Source of the DNA: Verrucomicrobiota bacterium
GTDB taxonomy: Bacteria > Verrucomicrobiota > Verrucomicrobiia > Limisphaerales > SXQI01
Reading direction: 5' to 3'
NCBI GenBank assembly: GCA_033762115.1
Contig: JANRLX010000124.1
Coordinates: 1 to 40,372, forward strand
Length of the DNA: 40,372 nt
Made by a program: the position numbers and the translations under genes. How positions within the stretch are numbered: position 1 is the stretch's first letter; each line of letters begins with the position of its first letter. Shown piece after piece: positions 29,230 through 38,122 of the stretch. The notes below the pieces were generated by a model. It made no database searches. It worked only from the letters and a program-made list of their open reading frames with translations, and was not told where the DNA came from.

Positions 29230-29505
29230 CTATTTATCACGCAATTCCTGTTCCATTCTTTCGCTGAGCCACTGTTTTATCATGCTCTGGTAGTTCAGGT
29301 AGCGTGATCGGGCCAATCTTTTGATCCTGGCAAGCATCCGCGGATCGATCCTTAAGGTGATGGTAACAGACTCGTTTGCCTCTGAACCAACCGCAACAGA
29401 ACTGTCCATCAGGCGAACATCGACACGGTTTTCACTCCAAAAGCTGGCTTCAGCCACCTCGCTGTCGAAAACCGGGACTTCTTCCCAATTGGTTACCACG
29501 TTCAT
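29230..29505 (-). CDS. CopG/BrnA-type (ribbon-helix-helix) antitoxin-like protein
   Basis: VPVFDSEVAEASFW N-terminus and SVTITLRIDPRMLARIKRLARSRYLNYQSMIKQWLSER RHH segment; directly downstream of a BrnT-like gene. Confidence 0.8.
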   Translation of the reverse strand: MNVVTNWEEVPVFDSEVAEASFWSENRVDVRLMDSSVAVGSEANESVTITLRIDPRMLARIKRLARSRYLNYQSMIKQWLSERMEQELRDK

Positions 29506-29519
29506 TTTTCAGGCGAGCT

Positions 29520-29807
29520 CTATTGAGCGAGAGTCTGATCGAGTTTCCGCTGATAAAAAAACTGTTCTTCGGGTGTAAACGAACGCGCGCAAATCACGCG
29601 AATTTGCCGACCATTGGTGCGATACACGCTGAAGATGCCCAATCCACTGGCACTACGGCCCAGATTGAAAAACCGCGCCTGAACAGCAAAGCGGACGCTG
29701 TCAGGTAGCAACCGCACCGCGAAAGGATCCTCAAACGACTCTTCCACATCTTTAGGAGTCAAAGAACCATCGCATTCAAACGGGGGATTATTCCAATCAA
29801 ACTCCAT
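29520..29807 (-). CDS. BrnT-like (RelE-fold) toxin homolog, apparently degenerate
   Basis: MEFDW start, DVEESFEDP, RFFNLG, IRVICAR match the BrnT pattern; the usual D..K...N..KHG segment is replaced by NNPPFECDGSLT. Confidence 0.72.
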   Translation of the reverse strand: MEFDWNNPPFECDGSLTPKDVEESFEDPFAVRLLPDSVRFAVQARFFNLGRSASGLGIFSVYRTNGRQIRVICARSFTPEEQFFYQRKLDQTLAQ

Positions 29808-29838
29808 GCGAGATCAACCGTATATCCAACGCCCATGC

Positions 29839-29882
29839 AATGTATTTACTTTGTAAGTACATTATAAGACTTTCTTTGTCAA
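29839..29882 (-). promoter_or_regulatory. Operator-like palindrome overlapping promoter elements of the TA/pilin unit
   Basis: AATGTATTTAC-ttt-GTAAGTACATT (29839-29863, 10/11 inverted match) overlaps a minus-strand TATAAT (29866-29861); TTGACA at 29882-29877. Confidence 0.6.
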
Positions 29883-29949
29883 GGTGTCTCATGAAACTTT
29901 CACAACGTCCACTTAATTCAGTAGTAGCGTCATTCCCGGAAACGGAATT

Positions 29950-29984
29950 AAAAGCAAAGAACCGCCAGTACCTACCGGCGGTTC
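29950..29984 (-). terminator. Intrinsic terminator after pilC
   Basis: Minus strand GAACCGCCGGT-AGGT-ACTGGCGGTTC hairpin followed by TTTGCTTTT, about 20 nt after the pilC stop. Confidence 0.8.
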
Positions 29985-30003
29985 CAAAGGTTCAGAACAC
30001 GTT

Positions 30004-31335
30004 CTAATCGTCCTTTGACCTGCCACCACCACTTCCACCGGCATCACCCAGTTTATCGATTAGTTTGATCAACGGAAGGAAGAGGGCGATCACGATACTT
30101 CCCACGATTACTGCCAGGAAAACAATCATGATCGGTTCGAGCAAAGAAGTCATCGCAGACACTGCATTATCAACTTCTTCCTCATAATTATCCGCTATTT
30201 TCATCAACATTTCCGGGAGCGCACCAGTTTGCTCACCGACATCCACCATGCTGATGACCATGGGAGGAAAAACCTTGGAAGCTTCCAGAGGGGCGGTAAT
30301 CGTCTCACCCTCCTTCACGCTTTCATGCACCTGGGCAACTGCCTCTGACACAATAATATTTCCAGAGGTTTCCTTAACAATTGTCAACGCCTGCAGAATA
30401 GGAACACCGCTGCTGACCAATGTGCCCAAGGTGCGGGTAAACCGTGCAATGGCGACTTTGGAAATAACCGGACCAAGAAGAGGAAAGTGCAACTTGACTT
30501 TGTCGAACAAACGACGGCCTATCTTGGTTTTTGTAATAAGTAACTTAATTGCAATGAACACGGCGACGACTGTCCCCAGGGAAGCCAAAAAATTATTCGC
30601 CATAATTTCCGAAATCCTTAACACAATCTGGGTAAAGTCTGGCAATGGTTCCCCTTCCAACATGTCAGCGAAGATCTGCTTGAACTTGGGAACAACGAAA
30701 ACCATCAGCACTGTTAAAATGGTAACAGCCACGATCATAACAGCTGCCGGGTAAAACATGGCAGCCACGACCTTGCCTTTAATTTTCTGAGCTTTTTCCA
30801 TGAACTCAGCCAATCGGTTAAGAACCACCTCGAGCACACCGCCGAGTTCTCCGGCTTTTACCATGTTGACGAAAAGACGATTAAAAACTTTAGGGTGCTG
30901 GGCCAAGCCTTCTGAAAAAGTACTGCCTCCTTCAATGGAAATCGCCAGGTCGTTAATAATTCGACGAAGGGCTGCGCTTTTTTCCTGCTTTTCCAACACT
31001 CGCAACCCTCTTAATAAAGGAAGGCCTGCATCAACCAAAGTTGCCAATTGACGGGTAAAAGCCGTTAATACCTTGGGCTTCACCTTTGCACCCAGTCCGG
31101 GAATGTTGATATTGAACCCCCTTTTTTTCTTCCCACCTTCTGTTTTGGCGACAGGTTTCGCCGCGCCTTTTTTTGGAGCTCCTTTTTCTTTTGGCTTCTC
31201 AGCTTCAACAACTTTCGTGGGGAAATAGCCCATCTCGCGGAGACGATTTAGTGCTTCCGACTGGGTGGCAACTTCCAGTGTCCCTTTGGTTTCCTTGCCA
31301 CGCGAGTCCATGGCGACGTAATTGTATTTAGGCAT
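30004..31335 (-). CDS. pilC: Type IV pilus / T2SS inner-membrane platform protein (PilC/GspF)
   Basis: YNYVAMD..G.ETKGTLE; FTRQLATLVDAGLPLLRGL; MVKAGELGGVL..AMFYP; ARFTRTLGTLVSSGVPIL; VGEQTGAL..LLEP..ALFLP. Confidence 0.95.
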   Translation of the reverse strand: MPKYNYVAMDSRGKETKGTLEVATQSEALNRLREMGYFPTKVVEAEKPKEKGAPKKGAAKPVAKTEGGKKKRGFNINIPGLGAKVKPKVLTAFTRQLATLVDAGLPLLRGLRVLEKQEKSAALRRIINDLAISIEGGSTFSEGLAQHPKVFNRLFVNMVKAGELGGVLEVVLNRLAEFMEKAQKIKGKVVAAMFYPAAVMIVAVTILTVLMVFVVPKFKQIFADMLEGEPLPDFTQIVLRISEIMANNFLASLGTVVAVFIAIKLLITKTKIGRRLFDKVKLHFPLLGPVISKVAIARFTRTLGTLVSSGVPILQALTIVKETSGNIIVSEAVAQVHESVKEGETITAPLEASKVFPPMVISMVDVGEQTGALPEMLMKIADNYEEEVDNAVSAMTSLLEPIMIVFLAVIVGSIVIALFLPLIKLIDKLGDAGGSGGGRSKDD

Positions 31336-31423
31336 AGGGTTCTGGTTTCCTAGGATATCGGCTGATCAGCAGGTTCATGCAATGAGATTCTTCTTCTTTG
31401 ACCACACTGCAAGGGAATCGTTA

Positions 31424-33121
31424 TTATGTGTATTTCAGCACTTCCTCAATAGTTGTTTCGCCATCAAAAATTCCACGAAGACCATCTTCGCGAAGTGTGA
31501 TCATCCCGGATTCAACAGCCTTTTGTCGAATAACCACTGTAGGGGCACGTTCATTAATCAAGGCACGAATCGCATCGCTTACCACCAACAGTTCGAAAAT
31601 TCCCTTTCGTCCCTTGTATCCGGTATCATTACAGGTCTGGCATCCACGACCGTAGTAAAACACCTTGTCACCGATGTCATGCGGTGAAAGGTTCAGTAAT
31701 GAAAGCTGGTTTTCAGTAGGCTCGAATGGAGTTCTGCATTTCTTGCAGATAGTACGTACAAGTCGTTGAGCCAAAACAGCCATTAACGAGGAGCTGATAA
31801 GGAATGGTTCAACTCCCATGTCCACAAGGCGGGTCACCGCGCCAGGGGCATCGTTAGTATGCAATGTGCTCAGCACAAGGTGACCTGTGAGGGATGCCTG
31901 GATTGCAATCTGGGAAGTTTCCAAATCGCGCATTTCCCCCAACATGATAATATCAGGATCCTGACGCAGGAAGGCGCGCAATGCCTTCATGAAAGTCATT
32001 CCAATTCCCTCATTCACAGCCACCTGCATGATTCCTTCGATATCAAACTCAACAGGGTCCTCGGCCGTCAAAATTTTTACGTCAACGGTATTGACCTTGC
32101 GAAGGCAGGAATAAAGTGTCGTCGTCTTTCCAGAACCGGTTGGCCCTGTGACCACAAAGATTCCGTTTGGCTCCTGGATCGCTGCATTGGTGTAATCCAG
32201 AACATACTTTGGCAACCCGAGACTTTCCAATTCGAGGCTCAATGCAGAGCGATCCAAAATACGCAACACCACCGATTCTCCATGGGAGGTGGGCAGGGTG
32301 GACATACGGAAATCGATCTGCTTGCCCCCAAGATTCAGAGAAATACGGCCGTCCTGGGGAAGTCGTCGTTCTGAAATGTTCAGGTTTGCCATGACCTTTA
32401 AGCGGGAAGTCACAGGCATTGCCAAATGCTTGGGGGGCGGAGTCATCTCATAGAGAGCGCCGTCCACACGGTAACGAATCTTAAATTCATCTTCAAAAGG
32501 TTCGAAGTGAATATCGCTGGCACGATCCTGAACTGCCTGGTAGAGAACGAGATTGACGAATTTTACAATTGGCGTCGCATCAGTAAGTTGAGTGACGTCC
32601 GGCAGGTCTTTGGCCGCATCGGCCAACTCCTTCAAATCCCCATCTTTTCCCAATTCCTTGAGGATGTCGTCGAACCCGCTGCTTTCCTGCGGATACAGCT
32701 TGTTCAAGATTTTTTCGATCCTGGCCGGATCCATGACGACCGGTTGAATCTCCTTGCCGATCATATAGGACAATTGATCGACCAACTCAGGATTTAAGGG
32801 ATCAAGAAAAGCTACCTGCAAGCTATTGCCATAGCCTGCCACAGGAACGCATTGGTGAAGGCGGGCCGCTTCGGAAGAAACAGCTTTGACCACATCCTCC
32901 TCAATGTCGCTGTCTGAAACATCGACGACCTGGGTGCCAAGATGCTCAGCAATAATATCCAATTGCGTTGCCATGTCGATAATCCCGGTATCAGCAAGTA
33001 CTTGCATGATCGGCTTGCCATTCCGGGATTGTTCCTGCAGCACTTCTTCCAGCTGCATGTCATCGATTAATCCCCGTTCACGAATGATGGATACGAGGGG
33101 ATGGGAGGAGGCGTCACTCAT
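31424..33121 (-). CDS. pilB: Type IV pilus assembly ATPase PilB/GspE, paralog 2
   Basis: [64 protein letters not shown], tetra-Cys CKKC/CQTC. ATG at 33121. Confidence 0.93.
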   Translation of the reverse strand: MSDASSHPLVSIIRERGLIDDMQLEEVLQEQSRNGKPIMQVLADTGIIDMATQLDIIAEHLGTQVVDVSDSDIEEDVVKAVSSEAARLHQCVPVAGYGNSLQVAFLDPLNPELVDQLSYMIGKEIQPVVMDPARIEKILNKLYPQESSGFDDILKELGKDGDLKELADAAKDLPDVTQLTDATPIVKFVNLVLYQAVQDRASDIHFEPFEDEFKIRYRVDGALYEMTPPPKHLAMPVTSRLKVMANLNISERRLPQDGRISLNLGGKQIDFRMSTLPTSHGESVVLRILDRSALSLELESLGLPKYVLDYTNAAIQEPNGIFVVTGPTGSGKTTTLYSCLRKVNTVDVKILTAEDPVEFDIEGIMQVAVNEGIGMTFMKALRAFLRQDPDIIMLGEMRDLETSQIAIQASLTGHLVLSTLHTNDAPGAVTRLVDMGVEPFLISSSLMAVLAQRLVRTICKKCRTPFEPTENQLSLLNLSPHDIGDKVFYYGRGCQTCNDTGYKGRKGIFELLVVSDAIRALINERAPTVVIRQKAVESGMITLREDGLRGIFDGETTIEEVLKYT

Positions 33122-33125
33122 GAGA

Positions 33126-34220
33126 TTAGCTGGCAACAGCAGCGCGGGCGGAATCAAGTTCCTGCAATTTTTGCACGATGGTCGTCGGATCCTGGGCTTT
33201 CGTAATTACTTCTTCCTGCGCGATCAATCCCTGTTGATATTTATCCAAAAGGAATGAATCCAGGGTTACCATCCCGTACTTTGCCCCTGTTTGAATGTCT
33301 GAATTAATCCGAAACGTTTTGTTGTCCCGGATCAATGCGCCCACGGATGGGGTATTCACCATGATTTCAAAAACGGCAACACGTCCCGGTTTATCATGGC
33401 GAGGGAGGAGCAATTGTGAAATCACTGCCTGCAGCACTGTTGAAAGCTGAATACGAATTTGCTCCTGCTGATTTGTTGGAAAGGCATTGACGATACGATC
33501 AATTGTTTTCGCAGCGCCTGTTGTGTGGAGGGTCCCAAAAACCAAGTGACCCGTTTCAGCCGCAGCGATAGCCGCTTCCATCGTCTCCAGATCGCGCAAC
33601 TCACCAACCAGGATCACATCAGGATCCTGACGCAGCGCACGTCGCAACGCTTCGGCAAAATTAGGCACGTCCACATTGACTTCCCGTTGGGTAATCAAAG
33701 CTTTCTTGTGCTTGTGGTAATACTCGATGGGGTCCTCAATCGTGATCAAATGCGCATCATCCCGTTCTTCGTTGATGATATTGATCATGGAAGCCAGGGT
33801 AGTGGTTTTTCCAGAACCGGTCGGACCAGTGACCAGGATTAGACCACGAGGACGCCAGAGCAACTCTTTGACAGAGGGAGGAAGCCCGATCTGCTCCATT
33901 GTTAAAAGCTTGCTGGGAATTTGCCGCAGCACGAGGGCAAAATTTCCCTTTTCCTTGAATACACTGACACGAAAGCGGGCCAGTTCACCGAAAGCAAAAC
34001 CGAAGTCAGCTCCTCCACGTTCGCGCACATGCTGGATATGATCCTCTGAAGTGATGCTGCGCATCAGTTCTTCAGTATCTTCAGGCCGCAGCAAGGGACC
34101 ATCGACGCGATGCAAAATACCATGCAACCTGATTACAGGAGGAACACCAACACGGATGTGCAGGTCAGCCGCCCCTTCGGACACCATCAACTGCAACAAA
34201 TCGGACATCTGATACGACAT
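33126..34220 (-). CDS. pilT: Type IV pilus retraction ATPase
   Basis: [79 protein letters not shown]-like [14 protein letters not shown]. Confidence 0.96.
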   Translation of the reverse strand: MSYQMSDLLQLMVSEGAADLHIRVGVPPVIRLHGILHRVDGPLLRPEDTEELMRSITSEDHIQHVRERGGADFGFAFGELARFRVSVFKEKGNFALVLRQIPSKLLTMEQIGLPPSVKELLWRPRGLILVTGPTGSGKTTTLASMINIINEERDDAHLITIEDPIEYYHKHKKALITQREVNVDVPNFAEALRRALRQDPDVILVGELRDLETMEAAIAAAETGHLVFGTLHTTGAAKTIDRIVNAFPTNQQEQIRIQLSTVLQAVISQLLLPRHDKPGRVAVFEIMVNTPSVGALIRDNKTFRINSDIQTGAKYGMVTLDSFLLDKYQQGLIAQEEVITKAQDPTTIVQKLQELDSARAAVAS

Positions 34221-34242
34221 AAATAACCGCTTCTAAAAAGAA

Positions 34243-35982
34243 TTAATCTGACTCTGCTGATGTGGCACGGATCACTTCTTCAGCCGTGGTTAACCCGGCA
34301 ATGACCTTCCGTGTTCCATCTTCTCGCAAGGTTCGCATTCCCATTTCCCGGGCTCTTCGCCGCAAGACTGATGCCGGAACCTTGTCATAGATCAGTTTAC
34401 GCGCTTCGTCATCAATAACGAATATCTCGAAAATCCCGAATCGACCTCGATTTCCCGTCTTGTTGCAATCCGGACACCCTTTTCCTTTTCGGAAATTGGC
34501 GTTTTCGATCTTGGAAGGGTCAATTTCCAGCGCCCGCAACTCCTGCTCACTTGGCATATGCGGCGCACTGCACTTTTTACAAATTTTCCGAACCAACCGC
34601 TGTGCCATCAAACCGCGTGTGGATGACGCCACAAGGAAAGGTTTCACGCCAATATCGATCAAACGCGTCACCGCGCTGGGCGCATCGTTCGTATGAAGGG
34701 TTGAAAACACAAGATGCCCGGTCAATGAAGCGTTGATGGCAATACTTGCTGTTTCAAGATCGCGAATTTCCCCCAGCATCACGACGTTAGGCGCCTGACG
34801 CAACATCGCGCGCAAGGCCATGGCAAACGTAAACCCGACGATTTCGCTTACCTGCACCTGGTTAATCCCGGCCAGCTGGTATTCGACAGGGTCTTCAACG
34901 GTAATGATCTTGCGATCAGGTCGGTTAATATAGTTCAGACACGAATAGAGAGTGGTTGTTTTTCCAGAACCGGTTGGACCAGTCACCAGCAAAATCCCGT
35001 CCGGCATCCCTATTAATCGTTCGAAAGTTTGTTGGTCATCCGTCAAAAATCCCAGTTCAGGCAATCCAAGCTTCAAACCTTCCTTGTCCAGAATACGCAT
35101 GACAATGCTTTCACCATGGTTTGTGGGAAGGCAATTAACGCGCAAATCAATCGGTTTATTGTTGATTGTCGTCTGGATACGACCGTCCTGCGGGATTCGT
35201 CGTTCCGCGATGGACATGCTCGATTGAATTTTTAGACGGCTAATGATGGAAGCCTGCAATCGTTTGGGCGGACTTGGCATTTCATGCAGCACACCGTCAA
35301 TTCGGTAACGCACACGAAAATACTTGGCCATCGGCTCGAGGTGAATGTCCGAAGCGCGGCTTTTAAAGGCGTCAACGATGATGGAATTGACCAGTTTGAT
35401 AATCGGAGCATCGGCATCGACAGTTTCCCCACCGTCCTCCCCCAAAGCTCCAATTTTACCCAGTTCCACCTCTCCCTCGGTGATATCCTGGATCATTTTA
35501 TTGAAGGCTTCCCCTCCACCGCGGGAACTTCCTCCACCGGAGCCACCAGAACCTCCGTAATATTTCGCCAGGGCGGCCTCAATCTCATCAGGAGCAGCCA
35601 CCCGCGGATCCACCTCCATGTTTAAAGAGTGGCGAAGGCCGTCCAGCGCATCCAGATCGGTAGGATCAGCGATGGCAACCGAAACCGTCCCATCAGATAA
35701 AAACACCGGGATGGCATTGTATTTTTTGGCAATGTGCCGGGGAACCGCGGCGATCACGTCATCCGTAAGCTTCATATCGCCAAGTGGAACATACTCCACA
35801 CCTGAGGCGGCTGCCTTTGCCTGGGCAACTTCGGCTGACCGAAGAATTCCCTTGGAAATCAAGGTGTCCAACAAACCTTCCCCGGTCGAATCAGCTTCTT
35901 CTCGAACTGAATCGACCTGCTCATGGGTCAAAACAGCCATGTCGAGGAGAGTATCGATCAAATAATCATCTTTCGCGGCCAC
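34243..35982 (-). CDS. pilB: Type IV pilus assembly ATPase PilB/GspE, paralog 1
   Basis: [70 protein letters not shown] start; Gly-rich linker. Confidence 0.93.
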   Translation of the reverse strand: MAAKDDYLIDTLLDMAVLTHEQVDSVREEADSTGEGLLDTLISKGILRSAEVAQAKAAASGVEYVPLGDMKLTDDVIAAVPRHIAKKYNAIPVFLSDGTVSVAIADPTDLDALDGLRHSLNMEVDPRVAAPDEIEAALAKYYGGSGGSGGGSSRGGGEAFNKMIQDITEGEVELGKIGALGEDGGETVDADAPIIKLVNSIIVDAFKSRASDIHLEPMAKYFRVRYRIDGVLHEMPSPPKRLQASIISRLKIQSSMSIAERRIPQDGRIQTTINNKPIDLRVNCLPTNHGESIVMRILDKEGLKLGLPELGFLTDDQQTFERLIGMPDGILLVTGPTGSGKTTTLYSCLNYINRPDRKIITVEDPVEYQLAGINQVQVSEIVGFTFAMALRAMLRQAPNVVMLGEIRDLETASIAINASLTGHLVFSTLHTNDAPSAVTRLIDIGVKPFLVASSTRGLMAQRLVRKICKKCSAPHMPSEQELRALEIDPSKIENANFRKGKGCPDCNKTGNRGRFGIFEIFVIDDEARKLIYDKVPASVLRRRAREMGMRTLREDGTRKVIAGLTTAEEVIRATSAESD

Positions 35983-36092
35983 AATTCACTTTCTCAAACA
36001 ATGGGTAGATCAGATGAAAATAGTATCGGGGCTCGAGTCAAAGTCAAATGCTCGCCCCTGTCATTTTTTCATTTGATGATTAGACAAACAAT

Positions 36093-36108
36093 AGCATTGC
36101 TTGTGCCG
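36093..36108 (-). promoter_or_regulatory. Candidate sigma54 (-24/-12) promoter of the pilB-pilT-pilB-pilC operon
   Basis: Minus strand cGGCACaagcaaTGCT: GG-N10-GC spacing with the GGCAC core, about 110 nt upstream of the pilB GTG. Confidence 0.5.
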
Positions 36109-36157
36109 AGGAATGTGATGAAACGGCATTGAAACTGAAAACCAGCTGAAAAACGAC

Positions 36158-36186
36158 TTGCGAATGAGCCACTCCATTCCTATATT
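36158..36186 (+). promoter_or_regulatory. sigma70 promoter of tRNA-Arg
   Basis: TTGCGA-N17-TATATT followed by a GC-rich discriminator (TCCCGCCCC), 12 nt before the tRNA. Confidence 0.7.
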
Positions 36187-36198
36187 TCCCGCCCCTGA

Positions 36199-36275
<77 letters not shown>

Positions 36276-36276
36276 C

Positions 36277-36609
36277 TCAAACCGGTAGATAATTTCGAAC
36301 CTTTTCCTGCAGTTCCTCGATTAACTCCTGTTGCATGAACTCATAATCATCCGGAATCAACAACACCGCCGTTTCTTTTCCTTCAAGCGCTTCAGGATAT
36401 TTTAGCCGCAGGCGGTTCAGGTGAGATTTTTCCATCAGGAGAATAATATCTGCCCACCCAATCTGGCCGGATGTCACAACGATTCTAGCGTTGGATTGTG
36501 TTCCAGCAGACCTCACCTGCACACCTGGAGTGTTGGAAAAAATTTGCTCAGCTGTGAGACTTCGACAGCGGTTTCGACTGCAGACAAAGAGCAGTTTCTT
36601 TGCGGTCAC
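36277..36609 (-). CDS. Low-molecular-weight protein-tyrosine-phosphatase-like protein
   Basis: LLFVCSRNRCRSLTAE (CX5R P-loop), VRSAGT, WADIILLME..H, IPDDY. GTGA overlap with rdgB. Confidence 0.88.
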   Translation of the reverse strand: MTAKKLLFVCSRNRCRSLTAEQIFSNTPGVQVRSAGTQSNARIVVTSGQIGWADIILLMEKSHLNRLRLKYPEALEGKETAVLLIPDDYEFMQQELIEELQEKVRNYLPV

Positions 36610-37280
36610 GAATGCAAACGGGTTTTCAGCAGGTTTAACGCTTTGGCACGGTGGCTGAGATTATTCTTAATTTGATCCCCCAACTCGGCGAATGATCGGT
36701 CGTATCCCCTGGGAACAAACAAAGGATCATATCCAAAGCCCTGATTTCCCCGGGCAGCAGGAATAATCTCACCCTCACAAGCTCCTTCGAAAATCTCGGC
36801 CGCCAATTCGGTGTCATTCGCAAAACAAACCGGGGAAGCGGATAATTCGCCAGGTGGCAGAATGGGAGCCCACGCCAAAACGCATTTGAAGCGCGCGGTC
36901 CAGGGACGGGGATGAGGAGCAAGCAGGCGGAGCAATTTTGCATTATTATCCGCGTCCGAAGAGTTTCCCTCTTTTCCAGATTCAATATTGGCAAAGCGGG
37001 CAGAATGAACTCCTGGCGCGCCACCCAAACAATCCACTTCCAAGCCGGAATCATCTGCCAGGACCCATGTATCGGAAGAAAATTGCACCGCCGCCAGCCA
37101 GCGGGCCAGTGCGACCGCTTTTTTTATCGAATTTCCTGCAAACGTGGGAGCATCCTCAACTGCCTTGGGAGCGGCTGGATAGTTTTTAAGCGTCTCGTAG
37201 GTGTAGGAAGAGCCGAGGATGGCACGGATTTCCTCGGCTTTATGTGCGTTTCCGGTAGCTATGATAATCTTCGAAATCAA
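36606..37280 (-). CDS. rdgB: Non-canonical purine NTP pyrophosphatase (RdgB/HAM1)
   Basis: IATGNAHKAEE, TFAGNSIKKA, ADDSGLEVD.LGGAPGVHSARFA, GFGYDPLF, KNNLSHRAKA. Confidence 0.95.
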   Translation of the reverse strand: MISKIIIATGNAHKAEEIRAILGSSYTYETLKNYPAAPKAVEDAPTFAGNSIKKAVALARWLAAVQFSSDTWVLADDSGLEVDCLGGAPGVHSARFANIESGKEGNSSDADNNAKLLRLLAPHPRPWTARFKCVLAWAPILPPGELSASPVCFANDTELAAEIFEGACEGEIIPAARGNQGFGYDPLFVPRGYDRSFAELGDQIKNNLSHRAKALNLLKTRLHS

Positions 37281-38110
37281 GGCAGTACCACCCGAAATAA
37301 CAGCATTACAGCGTTTGGATTAATTTGTTCGCTGAACTGAAATGAGCCATCCACAGGAGTGTTTGTGCTGAGATTCGACCAGTTGGTGGCATCCGTGCTT
37401 AATTGAATCGTATGCGGCACCAAAGCACTGCTATTCACCGTAAAACGGAATTCATTCCCTACCTTCTGAGGATTACTCAGTTCTGGAGAATTTACGGTGC
37501 TATTGGTGACGTTGATTGTAACGACTGGGGAGACCGAAACTGCTCCAAGATTGTCTGTGACTTGAGCAATGAGATTGTAACTGCCTGCGCTTAACACAAG
37601 GTCGAAAACATAAGGTGCCGAAGTGTCAGCAGTTCCGAGTGAAGTGTTCCCGTTAAACAACTGCACGGAAGCCACGCTACCGTCGTCCGACGCCTCAGCC
37701 GTTACCTGCACCGCTCCTGCGGGAAAAGTCGCATTGTTTGTAGGACTGGTAATGGTCACGACAGGGTCCTGGTTTACTGCCTGGACAGTGACGGATCCAT
37801 TCTGGCCTGCGTGCGGTTGGCAAAAATAGGGAAAAACGCCTGCATCGTTAAACGTGAAGGTAAACACAGCTCCATTGTTCCGTAATCCCGAATTAAACAA
37901 ACCACTTGCTGTTGGGCGAGTCCCGCTTGTGACGGTATGCCCATTTCCAATCCAGGTCCACCTTACCGTATCGCCCTGGTTAATAGTAATATTGGCTGGA
38001 TTGAAAAAATTGTTGCCGACACTGACATTGTGGGTGGCAGCGTGAAGAGTCAGGTGTGCTGCTGCCGCAATAGCGAAAAGCAGGCTGATTTTGTTAAAGT
38101 ATGTTTTCAT
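37277..38110 (-). CDS. Exported blue-copper (plastocyanin/amicyanin-fold cupredoxin) protein + Ig-like domain + C-terminal putative sorting domain
   Basis: Signal peptide; FFNPANITINQGDTVRWTW..GHTV (His ligand); YFCQPHAGQNGSVTV (Cys, His, axial Gln); Ig-like PVVTITSP..ASDDGSVASVQLF..APY..TDNLG; C-terminal IQLSTDATNW..LFRVVLP. Confidence 0.9.
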   Translation of the reverse strand: MKTYFNKISLLFAIAAAAHLTLHAATHNVSVGNNFFNPANITINQGDTVRWTWIGNGHTVTSGTRPTASGLFNSGLRNNGAVFTFTFNDAGVFPYFCQPHAGQNGSVTVQAVNQDPVVTITSPTNNATFPAGAVQVTAEASDDGSVASVQLFNGNTSLGTADTSAPYVFDLVLSAGSYNLIAQVTDNLGAVSVSPVVTINVTNSTVNSPELSNPQKVGNEFRFTVNSSALVPHTIQLSTDATNWSNLSTNTPVDGSFQFSEQINPNAVMLLFRVVLP

Positions 38111-38122
38111 GCTCTTTTTGGA

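Noticed and set aside
35505..35560. GGSGGSGGGSSRGGG low-complexity stretch in pilB1
   Set aside because: A flexible interdomain linker with varied codons; not a tandem DNA repeat or contingency locus.
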